From assembly GCF_006345805.1 (NCBI RefSeq), contig NC_043006.1:32984001-33048000 (forward strand): 64,000 bases of DNA, read 5' to 3'. This DNA comes from Octopus sinensis (Eukaryota). Numbering within the stretch: position 1 is the stretch's first letter; the number at the start of each line of letters is the position of its first letter. Made by a program: the position numbers and the translations under genes. Positions 26,043 to 39,446 of this stretch are shown in pieces. The notes beneath the pieces are model-generated. The model was not told the DNA's origin and ran no database searches. It saw only the letters and a list, made by a program, of their open reading frames with translations.

Positions 26043-26240
26043 ATTTTTGGCACAAAGCCAACAGTTTCGGGGCCGGGGGTACGTCGATTACATCGACCCC
26101 AATGATCAACTGGTACTTATTTTATCGACACCTAAAGAATGAAAAGCAAAGTCGACCTGGGTGGAATTTGAACTCAGAAAGTAAATTACAGAATGCGGCT
26201 AAGCTTTTTGCCCAGTGTGGTAACGATTCTACCAGACTTA
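26043..26240 (-). mobile_element. tRNA-SINE family A, with further fragments up to about 26560
   Basis: Reverse-complement B-box GGAATTTGAACTC and family A core. Confidence 0.8.
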
Positions 26241-27251
26241 ATCGATTATATTGACCCCAGAATTTCACTGGTATTTAATTATATCGATAACAAAAGGATG
26301 AAAGACACAATCTTTAGCTCCACCATTGTGTCAGTCCACTTTGCTTCTGAAGGTTCATTAATTTCTAATACGGACACAAAACTACAAATGTTGGTGCTGG
26401 AGGAAATGAGATATATTCAGCTATGTCTGCCACTATACTCAGCTGTGACAGACATCATCGACCTCTGAGAGAACAAAGAAAGAAAAGTCGGCTCTGGCAG
26501 GATTCGAACTCCATATGTCAAGTGGCGTAACTAATTAGTGCAAAGCATTTTGTCAATCTTCTGCACTTGTTAAAGTTTAACATTTGCATTACTGCAGCAT
26601 TGTTATAGCTTTTCTTTCTTTTGGTTTCATTTTTTTTCCCTCCGTCTCCTTTTCTTTTTGTTATTATTTCTTTGCTCGATCACTTTCTATCAGGACAAAA
26701 TCAAGTAAATAATAAAATAAATAACAAAATCAAATACATAATAAAATAGAAGCCAGACTTCGTAAATACATCAAAGAAAATCAATACTGAACTAAAGTCG
26801 GAAGCAAAGTACTTCATTTGAAAGTGCCATTCATATTTAACAGGACGGGTGTTGCAGAAGAAAAGAAAACAGTGGCCGGGTACACGCACGTAATGCCAAA
26901 TTCATAGCAAAAGTCAGACAATAACGAAATATAATCAAAAGATAAAGGAAAAACAATAAAAGTTACAAACGCTTCGAGACGTTAAAACGTGTTTTAAAGA
27001 CATCTCTTCTTACTATGGGATTTTAATCTAATTTCAGAGTCGAATTCTTCAGCTTAATCCCTAAATGTTTATCGGTTTATATATAGATAATAGATAGTTC
27101 TGTTTGTAATAGCCGAAGATATATCAGGTTTAAGTGAATGTTGGTGTCTCAACAAATAACTTGCAAAGAATATGTACGAACAGAAATAAAAGGAAGGAGA
27201 AGAGACAAAGTAGCTTATAAACGGAAAGATAGCTATATATTTAGAACTGGG

Positions 27252-27308
<57 letters not shown>

Positions 27309-28222
27309 TTTGTATGTATTTCGTGTATGTTTATAGATCTATATACATGTACTTATGTGTGTATGGAGAAAAAGAACAGAAACATTGAAAGGAAGACCCA
27401 ATGTGAGAAAACTTTTGAAAAAAAAATAATAAAAAATAAAATCTTTAAATAGAATAAAGAATAACATGTTTAGGAATGGTAAGAATGTGAACCAAAACAT
27501 CAAGACGAAAGAAAGTCTGCGAAGAAAAAGAGACATTGTTAGAAACCATGAAAGTAAGAAGAAATGTTATTAGTGAAAATGATAAGAAGTGGAACGATAA
27601 AAATAAACATCGTGTAATTCACAAATCAGCTTCTGAAGCATGTTGTTCCGAGTTCGATTCTAGCTCATGGTTTAGTTATGGCTTTTTTCTCGATTATCTT
27701 ACGTATAGCCCCTCATCGAATTAGGTTGGTCATTGATGGGATAACAAATGGCCTCAAAAGTACTCTGATGATTGATTGATTGATTGATTGATTGAATGAT
27801 TGACAGAATTATTGATCAGTCAGTAGATTTGTTGCTTGGTTAAACGTTTCATTAGTTGACCTATAAAAATAGAAGTGAAATAGAAAGTGTGCGTGTGTTT
27901 ATTGGCAAAATGACCGTCTCGGGATTCAACAACATGAATTACTTTATATACAAAAACAAAAAACAAGGCAGAAAATTGTTCTCAGAATTAGCTACATTGA
28001 ACATTAGCAGTTCTTATATGTGTACGCGTGTATGAATGTTTGTAAGGAAGTATCTAAGTTCTTGCTTCTGGTGATAAATTAATTAATGTCAGATACTCTT
28101 CCTTACCCTTATTTTACTGTGACTATAAATAGTCATGTCTACATAAAAGAACATACCATAGAAGATGCTACCAAGACGATGGTATATGGGTGATAAACAG
28201 AAAGAGGAAGGGCAGTGGTGAC

Positions 28223-28450
28223 TTAACCCTTTCGTTACTGTATTCATTTTGAGATGCTCTGTGTTTCTTTCAATTACTTTAAATATAGCGAAGAAGTTAG
28301 TAAAATAACTTAGTTATCATTCAGCTAGTGTTAGGAGCGAAAATTGTGACTAAGGTTTGGTGGAAGATTTTAATTCAAAACTCATGAAAACGACACATTT
28401 GTACTCAGAGCCAGAGCCGGTTTCAGCCGGGTTGGTAACAAAAGGATATA
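28223..28450. mobile_element. piggyBac-type non-autonomous element (MITE)
   Basis: Left end TTAA-CCCTTTCGTTAC; degenerate inverted right end GTAACAAAAGGATATA. Confidence 0.6.
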
Positions 28451-28569
28451 GATGCTTTCCACAGAAATGTGATATCATCAATATTTTCCGTCACCTCTTG
28501 AAACTCCAGGTGCTTCAGTGTCTCTGCTGTCTATTAAGTATTTCCTAGCAATTTTGTATAATGCGATAT

Positions 28570-28800
28570 AGCGGTGTCGAGTACTCGAGAGGCTGCGTCT
28601 CATGTCGATATTAGCGTCATCTTGAAGTCTTTAGAAAACATACCCATGCATTGTCTGCTTTAATATGCTGAAGCGTTTCACATCCAGGTCTTCCTTGACG
28701 TCCAGATGTCATGGGGTTGTATTGGAAGTCGTCAGGAAGAGAATATTTCCCGAAGAACACGCTGCTGACTCGTAGGATGCTGTTCTCCTGACTTTTCAGC
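28570..28800 (-). mobile_element. Decayed RTE-like C-terminal fragment
   Basis: YNPMTSGRQGRPGCETLQHIKADN resembles the RTE W.P..G.R..GRP motif. Confidence 0.4.
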
Positions 28801-29148
28801 AACAGAAAGAAGGGCAGGGATTAATTAAACTATATTATTATTATCAATTAAAAGGAGCCTAACGTAGAAAACAAAGGAGATCACAATGAGATTTAAGTGG
28901 GTATTAAGGATGCGGGGAGAAAAATATATATCCAAATTGAGCAAAATTTATATATTATTATTAATATATTATATTTTGTATATTAAATAATTAAATTTAG
29001 AAAGGGATTTAAGGACCAGGTAAGAGCTGTGCGGACAATACCGGACTGACTTGGTGCCTCAACTTAAGTACCTGATTCAAGTGAATCTTTATATATATAT
29101 GTGTGTATGTGTGTGCATATATATATATATGTGTGTGTGTGTGTGTAT

Positions 29149-29206
<58 letters not shown>

Positions 29207-29371
29207 AGTGTGAATATCATTGTATGTATATTTGATTATGTATATATATATATATGCATGTGTGTATGTATGTATGTATGTATACACGATTCAACTGAAC
29301 CCCACATACCCGAGAAATTGCTTTGGGCTCGATAAAGCCTATATAAAGTGAAGATTATCTTAAATGCATCT

Positions 29372-29414
29372 CAGTCTAATGATGGCTTAGCTGGCTGAAA
29401 CTTCGAAGTCACTG
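29372..29414 (+). ncRNA. Type I hammerhead motif with one core substitution (G5A)
   Basis: CAGT-CTAATGA-T-GGCT-TAGCT-GGCT-GAAAC-TTCGAA-GTC-ACTG; 10-nt palindrome ACTTCGAAGT; GUC triplet. Confidence 0.7.
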
Positions 29415-29600
29415 TCAATACTACTCTTGTTAAAGAATAATGCGTTTTAGCTTTACAAAAGATTAATACAAAAGTTCGTCTTCTTTTTTCATGTTTTCGT
29501 ATTTCATGTTGTTTAAGTTTTACGTTTTATAACGTCCCTTACCCATATATGTATGTATATATGCATCTATATATATATATACATATATTATGTATATATA

Positions 29601-29721
<121 letters not shown>

Positions 29722-30614
29722 TATATATATATACATATACATGCACACACGCCTACATGCACACACACACACACACATACGTATATAAACCATCTTAATG
29801 TAGTTTAAACCAATCGTTTTTGTATCTAAAGTGCTACCAGTGTTTGTAAATATGGGGACGAGTTCGTGGGTTGGTTGAGCAGTCCCACGTGTGTGCATCT
29901 ATTCACCTTAAGAACAGATCAACCCAAGTGTGTACATCTATTCATCTAAAGAATTTCAGATGGAGAATATTCGGATTGTCTAACAATTCTTTACTGTGCC
30001 ATTAATACATTGGATTTAGAGAGTTCGCGCCAGTTTTCTTTTTTCTCTCCTTCTCCGAAAAACTTACTATTTCTAGGTTTTTGTATAAATTTATAGGTAT
30101 AAATCTTCATAAACCTATGGTGATAGGTATAAATGGAATTTTATATTCAGTATGTATGTATGTATGTATGTATGTATGTATGTATGTATGTATGTGATGA
30201 AATGACTATGGAGGCTTATGTAGTCCAAACATAGTTTTCTTTTGAATGAATCACACCAAAACACGAAGAGAAAAGAATAAAACTATTCTGAATCATTGCC
30301 ATAACATAGAATATTAAACTGTTAGAGGCTTTTGTTTCGTCAGAAAAATAAAAGCGTGTGAGTGTGCATACAAACATCCATCCATCCATACATACAAACA
30401 TACATACATACACACGCATACATACATATATACATACATACATACATACTACATACATACATACATACATACATACATACATACTGAATATAAAATTCCA
30501 TTTATACCTATCACCATATATTTATGAAGATTTATACACATATATGTGTGTATATATATACATATATATATATACATATATATGTATATATGTATATAAT
30601 TATATATATAATAT

Positions 30615-30678
<64 letters not shown>

Positions 30679-31327
30679 ATATATATGTATATACATATAC
30701 ATATGCACATATAAGTATATATCTATATATATATATAAATATGTGTCTGTATATATATATACATATAAACTCACCGCATATATATATAAGCAGAAATCTT
30801 TCTTGGTGAATTATTTTCTCAAGCCATTTCTAGAAATAAAATATATTCACTTCATTTTATTTATGATCGGCTTAAAGTGCATTTCTACTGAGATATCAGC
30901 ATGACTTTATATACTAAAGTGGAAGTCATTCGAGAAGGTTTACCAACAGCCTTCTGGAATTGCCTGGATTTGTCTATTTATAATATTCCAAATTATAACA
31001 TTAATATTGTTGATGATATCAGCGGATGTCGGCTGCGAATTCTCACCCCCGCACACGCGCACATAGTACACAGGATACATACTAATGCATACACTTTTTA
31101 TGTTCTCTGGACATGTATATCTGTAGTCGTATGCATGCATACACAATACATGCCATATACATATGTATGTGTATGAATATATCTTTGTACCTATGTATAT
31201 GTGTGTGTACGGCAGACTTATGTATACTTATATTTCCTATATATATATATTCACATCACATATACGGACGCACATACGCATACATGCGGGTATATAAGCA
31301 TATGTACATAAATGCATATATATATAC

Positions 31328-31414
<87 letters not shown>

Positions 31415-31432
31415 TGTTATGTGTATGTATAT

Positions 31433-31739
31433 ATCACCGTGATCACCGTGACTGACCATGAGATGTTGCTACACATCGCTGGTCACAATGCGCTTCACAT
31501 TGTTTTACCCTTCAAATGACGCCACCCCACCGGCTAAGCGAGCAGGCCAAGAGAAGAAAAAGTGAGAGAAAGTTGTGGCGAAAGAGTACAGCAGGGATCG
31601 CCATCACCCCCTGCCGGAGCTCGTGGATCTTTAGGTATTTCCGCTCAATAAACACTCACAACGCCCGGTCTGGGAATCGAAACTGCGATCCTACAACCGC
31701 GAGTCCGCTGCCCTAACCACTGGGCCACTGCACCTTCAC
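31433..31739 (-). mobile_element. tRNA-SINE family C, tail type 1
   Basis: Sense head GGCCCAGTGGTTAGGGCAGCGGACTCGCGG...TTCGATTCCCAGACC; shares its 5' ~200 bp with 52455. Confidence 0.85.
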
Positions 31740-31917
31740 GAACACACACACTCACACACACACACACACACATATATACATATATATACTTAACCTATGA
31801 ACTTTTATGCTTCTTTTTTCTTCTCTCTTTCCAATGCCTATTCTTTTACTCCCTTCCTCTATGTCGTCATCTTATTGATATATACCAATTTCATTTTCCC
31901 TATTTTTTCCCCGATTT

Positions 31918-31973
31918 GTCTTTGATGACAGAATATCCCATACTCGGGGATATCCCTGAAACAGCCGTAAGAT
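31918..31973 (+). ncRNA. Type I hammerhead motif, partly decayed
   Basis: GTCT-TTGATGA-C-AG-A-ATATCCC/GGGATAT-CC-CT-GAAAC-AGCC-GTA-AGAT; stem I is only 4 bp. Confidence 0.5.
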
Positions 31974-32578
31974 TTTGAATTTCTTCCTATACCAATATTG
32001 TATAAGACTTGAGATGTTTGCCTTGCCTTAATGTTTGTTGTCCTCTTTAACAAATATATATCCGCTGCATCGGAAATCTGCAATGGCTGCATAACTACTA
32101 TCTTGGAGCCCCAGTAATCCGTTACAGCACTCACCTAGCCTACCTAATCGTTTAGTTCACCTGTGAACTAAACCCCCCATCCTTCGCCCTGATAACTTTC
32201 AATTCGTACTCTTTGGCAGGGTTTATTTTCTATCCTTTATTAGTTAAATTTATGCTATATGTAGTCAGACCGATTTGCAGGTTTTAACCCCAGAATTATT
32301 CTACTCTCCGTAAGTGCACCCACATACTACGAGAGAGTGCAACATGCCGAGAGGAACTGAGTTTATGCGGTTGAATATTTTTTACACCAACATCTGAGGT
32401 AGCATAAACTGCACTGAATGGTGCAACGCACCTAGATGCACAATATCCTACCTGTAAGGGACATCTGCAGGATGGCTCGAAACGATTGCCGAGTTGAGAA
32501 AATATTCATACCATATCCATTTTCCGTTTCCCTCATTAATCATATATATATATATGTGTATGTGTGTGTGTGTGTGTG

Positions 32579-32660
<82 letters not shown>

Positions 32661-32662
<2 letters not shown>

Positions 32663-32987
32663 CGGAGATGACTTGATCTGAGATCGTGTGCTGGAACGAA
32701 AATAATTGCAGCGTGGAAGATGTTTATAAGCCATTTAAGAAACACACAAAACCGTTAGATTCACTTCAACATTTAAATTTAATTTGCCAAAATATTTTCG
32801 TCGTTTTGAGACCGCGACCTGTTCACTGACAAAACTTCGTGCTGCATCACGAAGCTTGTCAGTGAACAGGTCGCGGTCTCAAAACGACGAAAATATTTTG
32901 GCAAATTAAATTTAAATGTTGAAGTGAATCTAACGGTTTTGTGTGTTTCTTAAATGGCTTATAAACACCTTCCACGCTGCAATTGTT
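32661..32987. mobile_element. Fold-back element (281-bp palindrome 32704-32984) with a one-sided tail, between (TA)n runs; one HHR motif on each strand
   Basis: 32704-32830 versus 32858-32984 match at 126/127 positions; inner stem CTTCGTG/CACGAAG. Confidence 0.9.
32856..32904 (+). ncRNA. Minimal hammerhead, G3-C8 swapped-core variant (mirror copy on the - strand at 32784-32832)
   Basis: TTGTCA-GTGAACA-G-GTCG-(11-nt loop)-CGAC-GAAA-ATAT-T-T-TGGCAA; palindrome AATATT. Confidence 0.65.
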
Positions 32988-33691
32988 TATATATATATAT
33001 ATAATGGCGACTCCCTCACTCAGGTTTTTTTAACTTAGCCCGAGTATAAATTTAGTAAAAAGTGAACGTCTATTTGGAAGCTGATTTAATTTCTGCCAAC
33101 ACTCAAGTATGTAATTGCAACCAATAACTCGGGCTCCTTTTATTGAGCCTGGTCGCAGTTCATTCATTGTTGCTCAGCGTATGGCGGTCGTCTTAGAGGT
33201 GCCCTGTGTCAAAATTTATCTAATTAAAATTCAATGCTTTTTTTTTTTTTGAAACAATGAATTTCTATAGAGATTAGGATTTAAATTCCTATCTATGAAA
33301 AGCTTCTGTTTTACAATGTTCTTAAAGGAATGAAAAATGACTCCACAACTGGGGCTAATACGAAGGAGCCTAGAAGTCGTAAAAGTCTAACTGGCATTTC
33401 TTGTCACGAGTACAGGTGACAGTCAGATCTCAGATGTTTGTTGCGCACTTCGCTGTTGTTATTCGATTGTTGTTATTCCGTGCGTCTGTGTGTAAAGATA
33501 AGTTGTGTTTTGCAGAGTTGCTTTATTGTTACCCTTAACTTAGGAAAGACATAGTGCTAGATATAAAAGAAAATAAGCCATCTGAGGCTAGACATAAAGC
33601 GGAAAAACGTAAAATTCTTCGAACAGGCTTGTGTCTGATGCGAAATATGTGATGAGCCCGAATGACGCTGATGACCCGCAGTCGCCTCTGG

Positions 33692-33743
<52 letters not shown>

Positions 33744-33747
33744 TTTA

Positions 33748-33780
<33 letters not shown>

Positions 33781-34167
33781 AAGCAGTTGTCTGTATTTTG
33801 TTATAGATTCAGAAAGTTGTACGATTCTGTATAAAGTTTACACAATGCTGCAGATGATGTACGGATTTTAGCTTCAGCTGGTTTGCATAATAAATAGACG
33901 AGTAACTGAAGTACAATTAGCTCAGTTATAACAGTTCTTCACAAAGGCTGCAGACATGAACAGAGCACATCATCTCTTTGTCTGGGAATAATACACTTAG
34001 CTACTAAATCTATCTATGAATCTCTCTCTCTCTCTCTCTCTCTCTCAATATATATATATATTATATATATATATATACTTGATATTTTCCTCGTGGAATG
34101 TGGTCTCTCCACATACACTCTCCCATAAATGCGCAAACTTACTCATATTTATACATGCATCCATGTA

Positions 34168-34240
<73 letters not shown>

Positions 34241-34397
34241 CATACACATATATATATATACATACACATATGTGTGCATGTATTTATCTATATCTATCTT
34301 TTATAGATAGAAAGATAGTTAGATGGATATATATGTGTATGTTTGTGTGTGAGAGTGCGTGTGTGTTAATGTGTTTTTCTTTATGTACATATATATA

Positions 34398-34428
<31 letters not shown>

Positions 34429-35156
34429 GTTCTTTTGTCCACCAGGTCTCCCTCATGAGGGAATTCATGGTCAATATGCAAATTTTAGAATGAGAGAATC
34501 TCAAAACCATATGCCGAAAATTATCCGTAGAATTTCTCCACCTCCTCTATTGTTGTCTGTCGTCGACATTTTATTGCGTTTTATTTGGCTTCCGATCTGA
34601 GCAATTTGTTTCGAAATACACACGTTGCCTATTTGTTCCAAATATGGCATATATTGGACACTCTGTGACTTATACGACAAGCAGGAATGTTTCTTCGATA
34701 TAGTCAATGGAGCAGAAATACATTGCTGCAATGAAGTATAAAGCAATACGATTTTTTTAGATGTCGATGTCTCGATCAGATTATTTAATAGTGTCAGATA
34801 CATTGAGATATTACACACAAATATCAAGAAATAATATGATATAATGTGTTCTTATGTTTATGGGGAGTGAATACAAAAGAACGTATGTTATATGTGTAAT
34901 ATATTAATATCGATTGAAAAGCTGCAACCTCTACAATACTTCTTCCGGGAGTTAATCTTTGGAAATCAAAGTCACTTATTTATATTGCGATTACTATCAG
35001 ACTAATTCAGAGACGAACGTAAATAATTTATTAACCCAGCTGATTCAGCATCTCTGAATGGATAAATGATGTATATGTTATGTATACAGATATTTCCATT
35101 TGTACGATTATTGACAATTACCGGGTGGCACCGCTAAACAGTGATGTATATATGTG

Positions 35157-35587
35157 CAAGGTTATTACCAATTCAGATATGCTCGGGAAATATTCGAAGC
35201 CATACGAAATTCAGTCGCTGTGTTTTGTTATGGAGAAAATTTCTCCATAACACAGCACAGCGAATGAATTTCGTATGGTGAAAATTTCTCGCTGTAAACA
35301 AATTGAGTAATAACATCAAAATCAGCTCGGAGCGCCACCTACCCAGACTGTGAGATGCAAGCATTTTGGAAAGGTTATCTCCTCTTCTGTCTTAGAAACC
35401 GGACAATAAATAACCACTCTGAAATGCTTTCATCTCATAGTCTGGGTAGATGGCGGTGCAAGCTGATTTTAGGTGTATTTCCACATTTTGTCTATAATGG
35501 AAAATTTTCTGCATTACAAAATACGGTGACTAGCTTTGTGACGGGTTCGAATATACCCCGAGCATATTTGAACTACTATTAACCTTG
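35157..35587. mobile_element. Old palindromic MITE-like element with CAAGGTTA termini, possibly Tc1/mariner-derived
   Basis: Arms pair across about 200 bp (e.g. 35318-35366 with 35422-35470); right flank TA, left flank TG. Confidence 0.65.
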
Positions 35588-35639
35588 TATTGACAATAAT
35601 GGTTACAAATTGTGACACAAGAGGAGTAATTTTGAAGGT

Positions 35640-35812
35640 GGTGGTGGGGGGAGTCGATAGCATCTATCACTGCGTTTAACTGATACTTTTGTCGGCCATT
35701 AAAGACAAAGTCGGCCTCGGCAGGATCTTAAACCCAGAACGTAATGACAGAGAAGGCATTTTACCGTTAAGCATCTTGCCCAGTGTGCTAACGATTTTGC
35801 CAGCTCACCGCC
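35640..35812 (-). mobile_element. tRNA-SINE family A, degenerate
   Basis: Reverse-complement head GCCAGCTCACCGCC. Confidence 0.75.
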
Positions 35813-36985
35813 ATGAATATTGATAATAAGGGACAGACGTCATTATGATGACTAATCAATTAATTGATCAGTCTGCTAACATCATAATTTCTAATTTGAT
35901 CGCTGTTTTACATTAGTTATCATATTTAATAATAGGTTTCTATAGTTGCTGTTGTTCATTTGTTTTACCACTCAGTTAACCCTGACCGAGCACACCGGAG
36001 TTTTACCGTCTTATCTATTATTATTTCTGGTTAAACATTATTCAATGTGTCCCTTTATGTAGTAAAGTATGATTTGAGGGAGACTAACATCGATATATCC
36101 TGTCTTTCCGACTGTTAAAGAAATCGCCTTGCACTTTTACTTCTGGCTTCACAAACAAAAAAGATACATTAAGTCCGAAGAACCTACTATTTCGATTCAC
36201 TCCGAAAGACTCAGCCATTCATAATTCTCAAGTTATTTTCATGGCACAAAAGATACTCTTCCATGTTAGACGCACACCAATTTCAGCTGCGTATATTCAG
36301 GATGAAAGCTTTTAATGCCAAACTTTCCATATAGGCTCTGGAGTGATATTTGAAGATATTTCGTTTTTAGAGAAAACGTGAATCTTATATGCCATAAAAT
36401 ATGCATCATTGCCGTGGGCATCAGCCACATAAAACACAATTTGCAATTTATTTACTGCCCGATTTTTTCTGCCCAACTTTTAGGTAGTATGGAGTCATTT
36501 AGTCGTGGCTCTGGTTATGCTGAATATAAATACTTGCAAATGGCCATTTCATTAAGAGGATATGTTCAATATACTACATGTAATCTGAGTTTTTATAATG
36601 ATCTTCTATATAATATTTGTAGCTTCGTTGTAGACATCACTCCTCTCAAATAACACATATTTACTGCCCAGTTCTTGTGCGTTGATGGAACATGCAATCC
36701 GATCCAACTTGCTTCAAATGCGGTTTCTTTTCCTGGTTAAAACTGAGGAATTCTTGAAACCGTTTCTTCGGTTTGTGAAACCATTATCTTCTTATTGATA
36801 TAACAATATATTATTATCTTTAATTCGGTTAATTATATTTTAATAATCGATATGTATTTATTAATTATGCTTACTGCTGTTATTATTTTTTATAACTTTT
36901 CACAACCAGTACAATGGTCTACATTGGGGGTGGGTGCATTTGAGTTATAAAACAATAATAATAACATTGAAGTGAATAATATTCA

Positions 36986-36986
<1 letters not shown>

Positions 36987-37044
<58 letters not shown>

Positions 37045-37260
37045 CAACAATAATATCAATAATAATGAGAAGAAGGAGGAGGGGAGAAGAGAAGAAGAAG
37101 AAGAAGAAGAAGAAGAATGAGGAGGAGGAAGGGTGAAGAAGAAGGAGAAGAAGAAGAAGGAGAAGAAGAAGGAGAAGAGAAGAAGAAGAAGAAAAAGAAG
37201 ACGAAGAAGAAGAAGAAGAAGAAGAAGAAGAAGAAGAAGAAGAATGTGGATGGGGAGGAG
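36987..37260. repeat. Compound (TAA)n/(CAA)n/(GAA)n/(GAG)n trinucleotide tract
   Basis: Directly visible; source of the poly-I, poly-K, poly-E and poly-L ORFs. Confidence 0.95.
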
Positions 37261-37628
37261 GAAGAGAAGGAAGTGCAATTGTTTCCAGCATTATTAATAA
37301 TTGCACAAAATTGTGATAAATACTTCGGATATGATCCCTCAAAAAAATAATATTCTTCCAAAGAATTAATATCAATCATTATAATGGCTTGACTTGAGGC
37401 CGTTACAAGAAATATAAATATATCGATTAGTTATTTAAATGGAAATATGATGATCAAAGGTATATAACTATTCTTAATGAAATATTGGCACATTGCTTTC
37501 TATTCTAAACACATATGCAGCATACAAACACGCATAGACAAACACACATACAAAAAAAAATATATATATATATATTTATATATATACATACATACATACA
37601 TACATACATACATACATACATACATACA

Positions 37629-37659
<31 letters not shown>

Positions 37660-38100
37660 CACACATATGTAGCCACAATTTAACGATTTATAAGAACAGA
37701 GAACATGCAAATCAGCTAAAATCAAAGACAATATGCAAAGTTCAAGTTCCTACAAAGATGTCCTTGTTTCTTAAACAATTTTTTCATATCCGTTTTGTTA
37801 ATGGCCATTTGATAAACGCCGCTTCTAAAAGGTTTATTACAGCATTGACCTTTCAAGAATATTAAAGAGGAAAGAAATCCAATAACTGGGGGTCCTGACT
37901 TTTATATATATTTGCATAAAGGGGCAAGCATGGCATTATAGTAAGTCGTTTGCTTCCCAACTATATGGCTCTACATTCACACCCACTGCATAGTGCCTCG
38001 GGCAAGTGTCTTTTATTGTGGCAGCCTTGTGAGTGAATTTCATTGACGGAAACTGAAACAAAGCCGACCGATAGAACTAGTACCAGGCTATACGTGTATG

Positions 38101-38153
<53 letters not shown>

Positions 38154-39251
38154 CTATTGTGCATCAATTACTCTCATTTCCTACACAAAACTCTTGTTTT
38201 TTAGGTGAGACATTCACAATTCTACGAAAGTTATAGATACAATATTAATGGTTTGGAATAGTAATCTTGAATACGAAGGCAAATTTTGAACGCGAAATGA
38301 TAGACTTAACAATTTTGATATAACCACGGGATCGAGTGACACAGCACAAGTTACGGTTCTTGTGTGCGTTGACATTTTACAGTAATAAGGACATCGAGGA
38401 AATGAGGGTAATCTTGCTAAGCACGATATTCTGCTACCTTTCTGTAAATGTAGTAACGTAATAACAGGGATAAATAAAGAAAACAATTTTGAAACTTAAA
38501 ACTTTCTATCTCTTTAGAGCAGAACTATAAAGTAAAGAACTTTGAGAAAGTAACATTAGATCTTGATGACGGACTTTATCATTCGTACCGTTTAACTTCA
38601 TGGAATACTACAATACATCAATAAAAACTCCAACTATCCTACAGCTATGATTAAATGTATAATTTATAGCGTTCAATTTAGAATATCTAGATTATTTCCA
38701 ATAATATTTTCTAACTTAAAAATAATAATACCACGCCGCTTAGGTAAGGCAGGATATTCTAAGAATATCCGTTATGTTACTGATAGAAATACAGTGAAAA
38801 TTTCTTAGGTCAGTGGATGACAGTCTGTAGAACATAGATCTAATAATAATCAAGATAATAGGAATTATTATAAAATAAGAATAGACAGAGGTATAGGATC
38901 GCTTCTAACAAATATGGGCAATATAAAAATATAACAGTTAACATAACGAGCAAAGAAAAATCGCCATTCAATTATTAATACAAATTATCTAAATAATTAT
39001 TTTGCCTCCTGTACAATGTTCTGGTAGGTATTTGGAAAACTCCAGGAGTGGAGCCCAAATAGGAACAGACAAAAAGACTAAGCACAACAATAAGGTATCT
39101 AACCCCGGAAACAATAGTAACACTTCATACAACTTTCAGAGACCGGTTACACAGAACAAATCTAAACCAATATAAATAATGTAAGCAAAAAGAATCAAAA
39201 GAATTACACTCTGTGTGTATGTGCATTTATGTGTGTATATACATACATACA

Positions 39252-39329
<78 letters not shown>

Positions 39330-39378
39330 GCATACACACATTAATATATTTATATATGTTTGTAAGTATGTATATATA

Positions 39379-39446
<68 letters not shown>

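Noticed and set aside
33004-33692. Possible element with GGCGACT/AGTCGCC inverted ends between TA runs
   Set aside because: Only 7 bp match and there is no other support.
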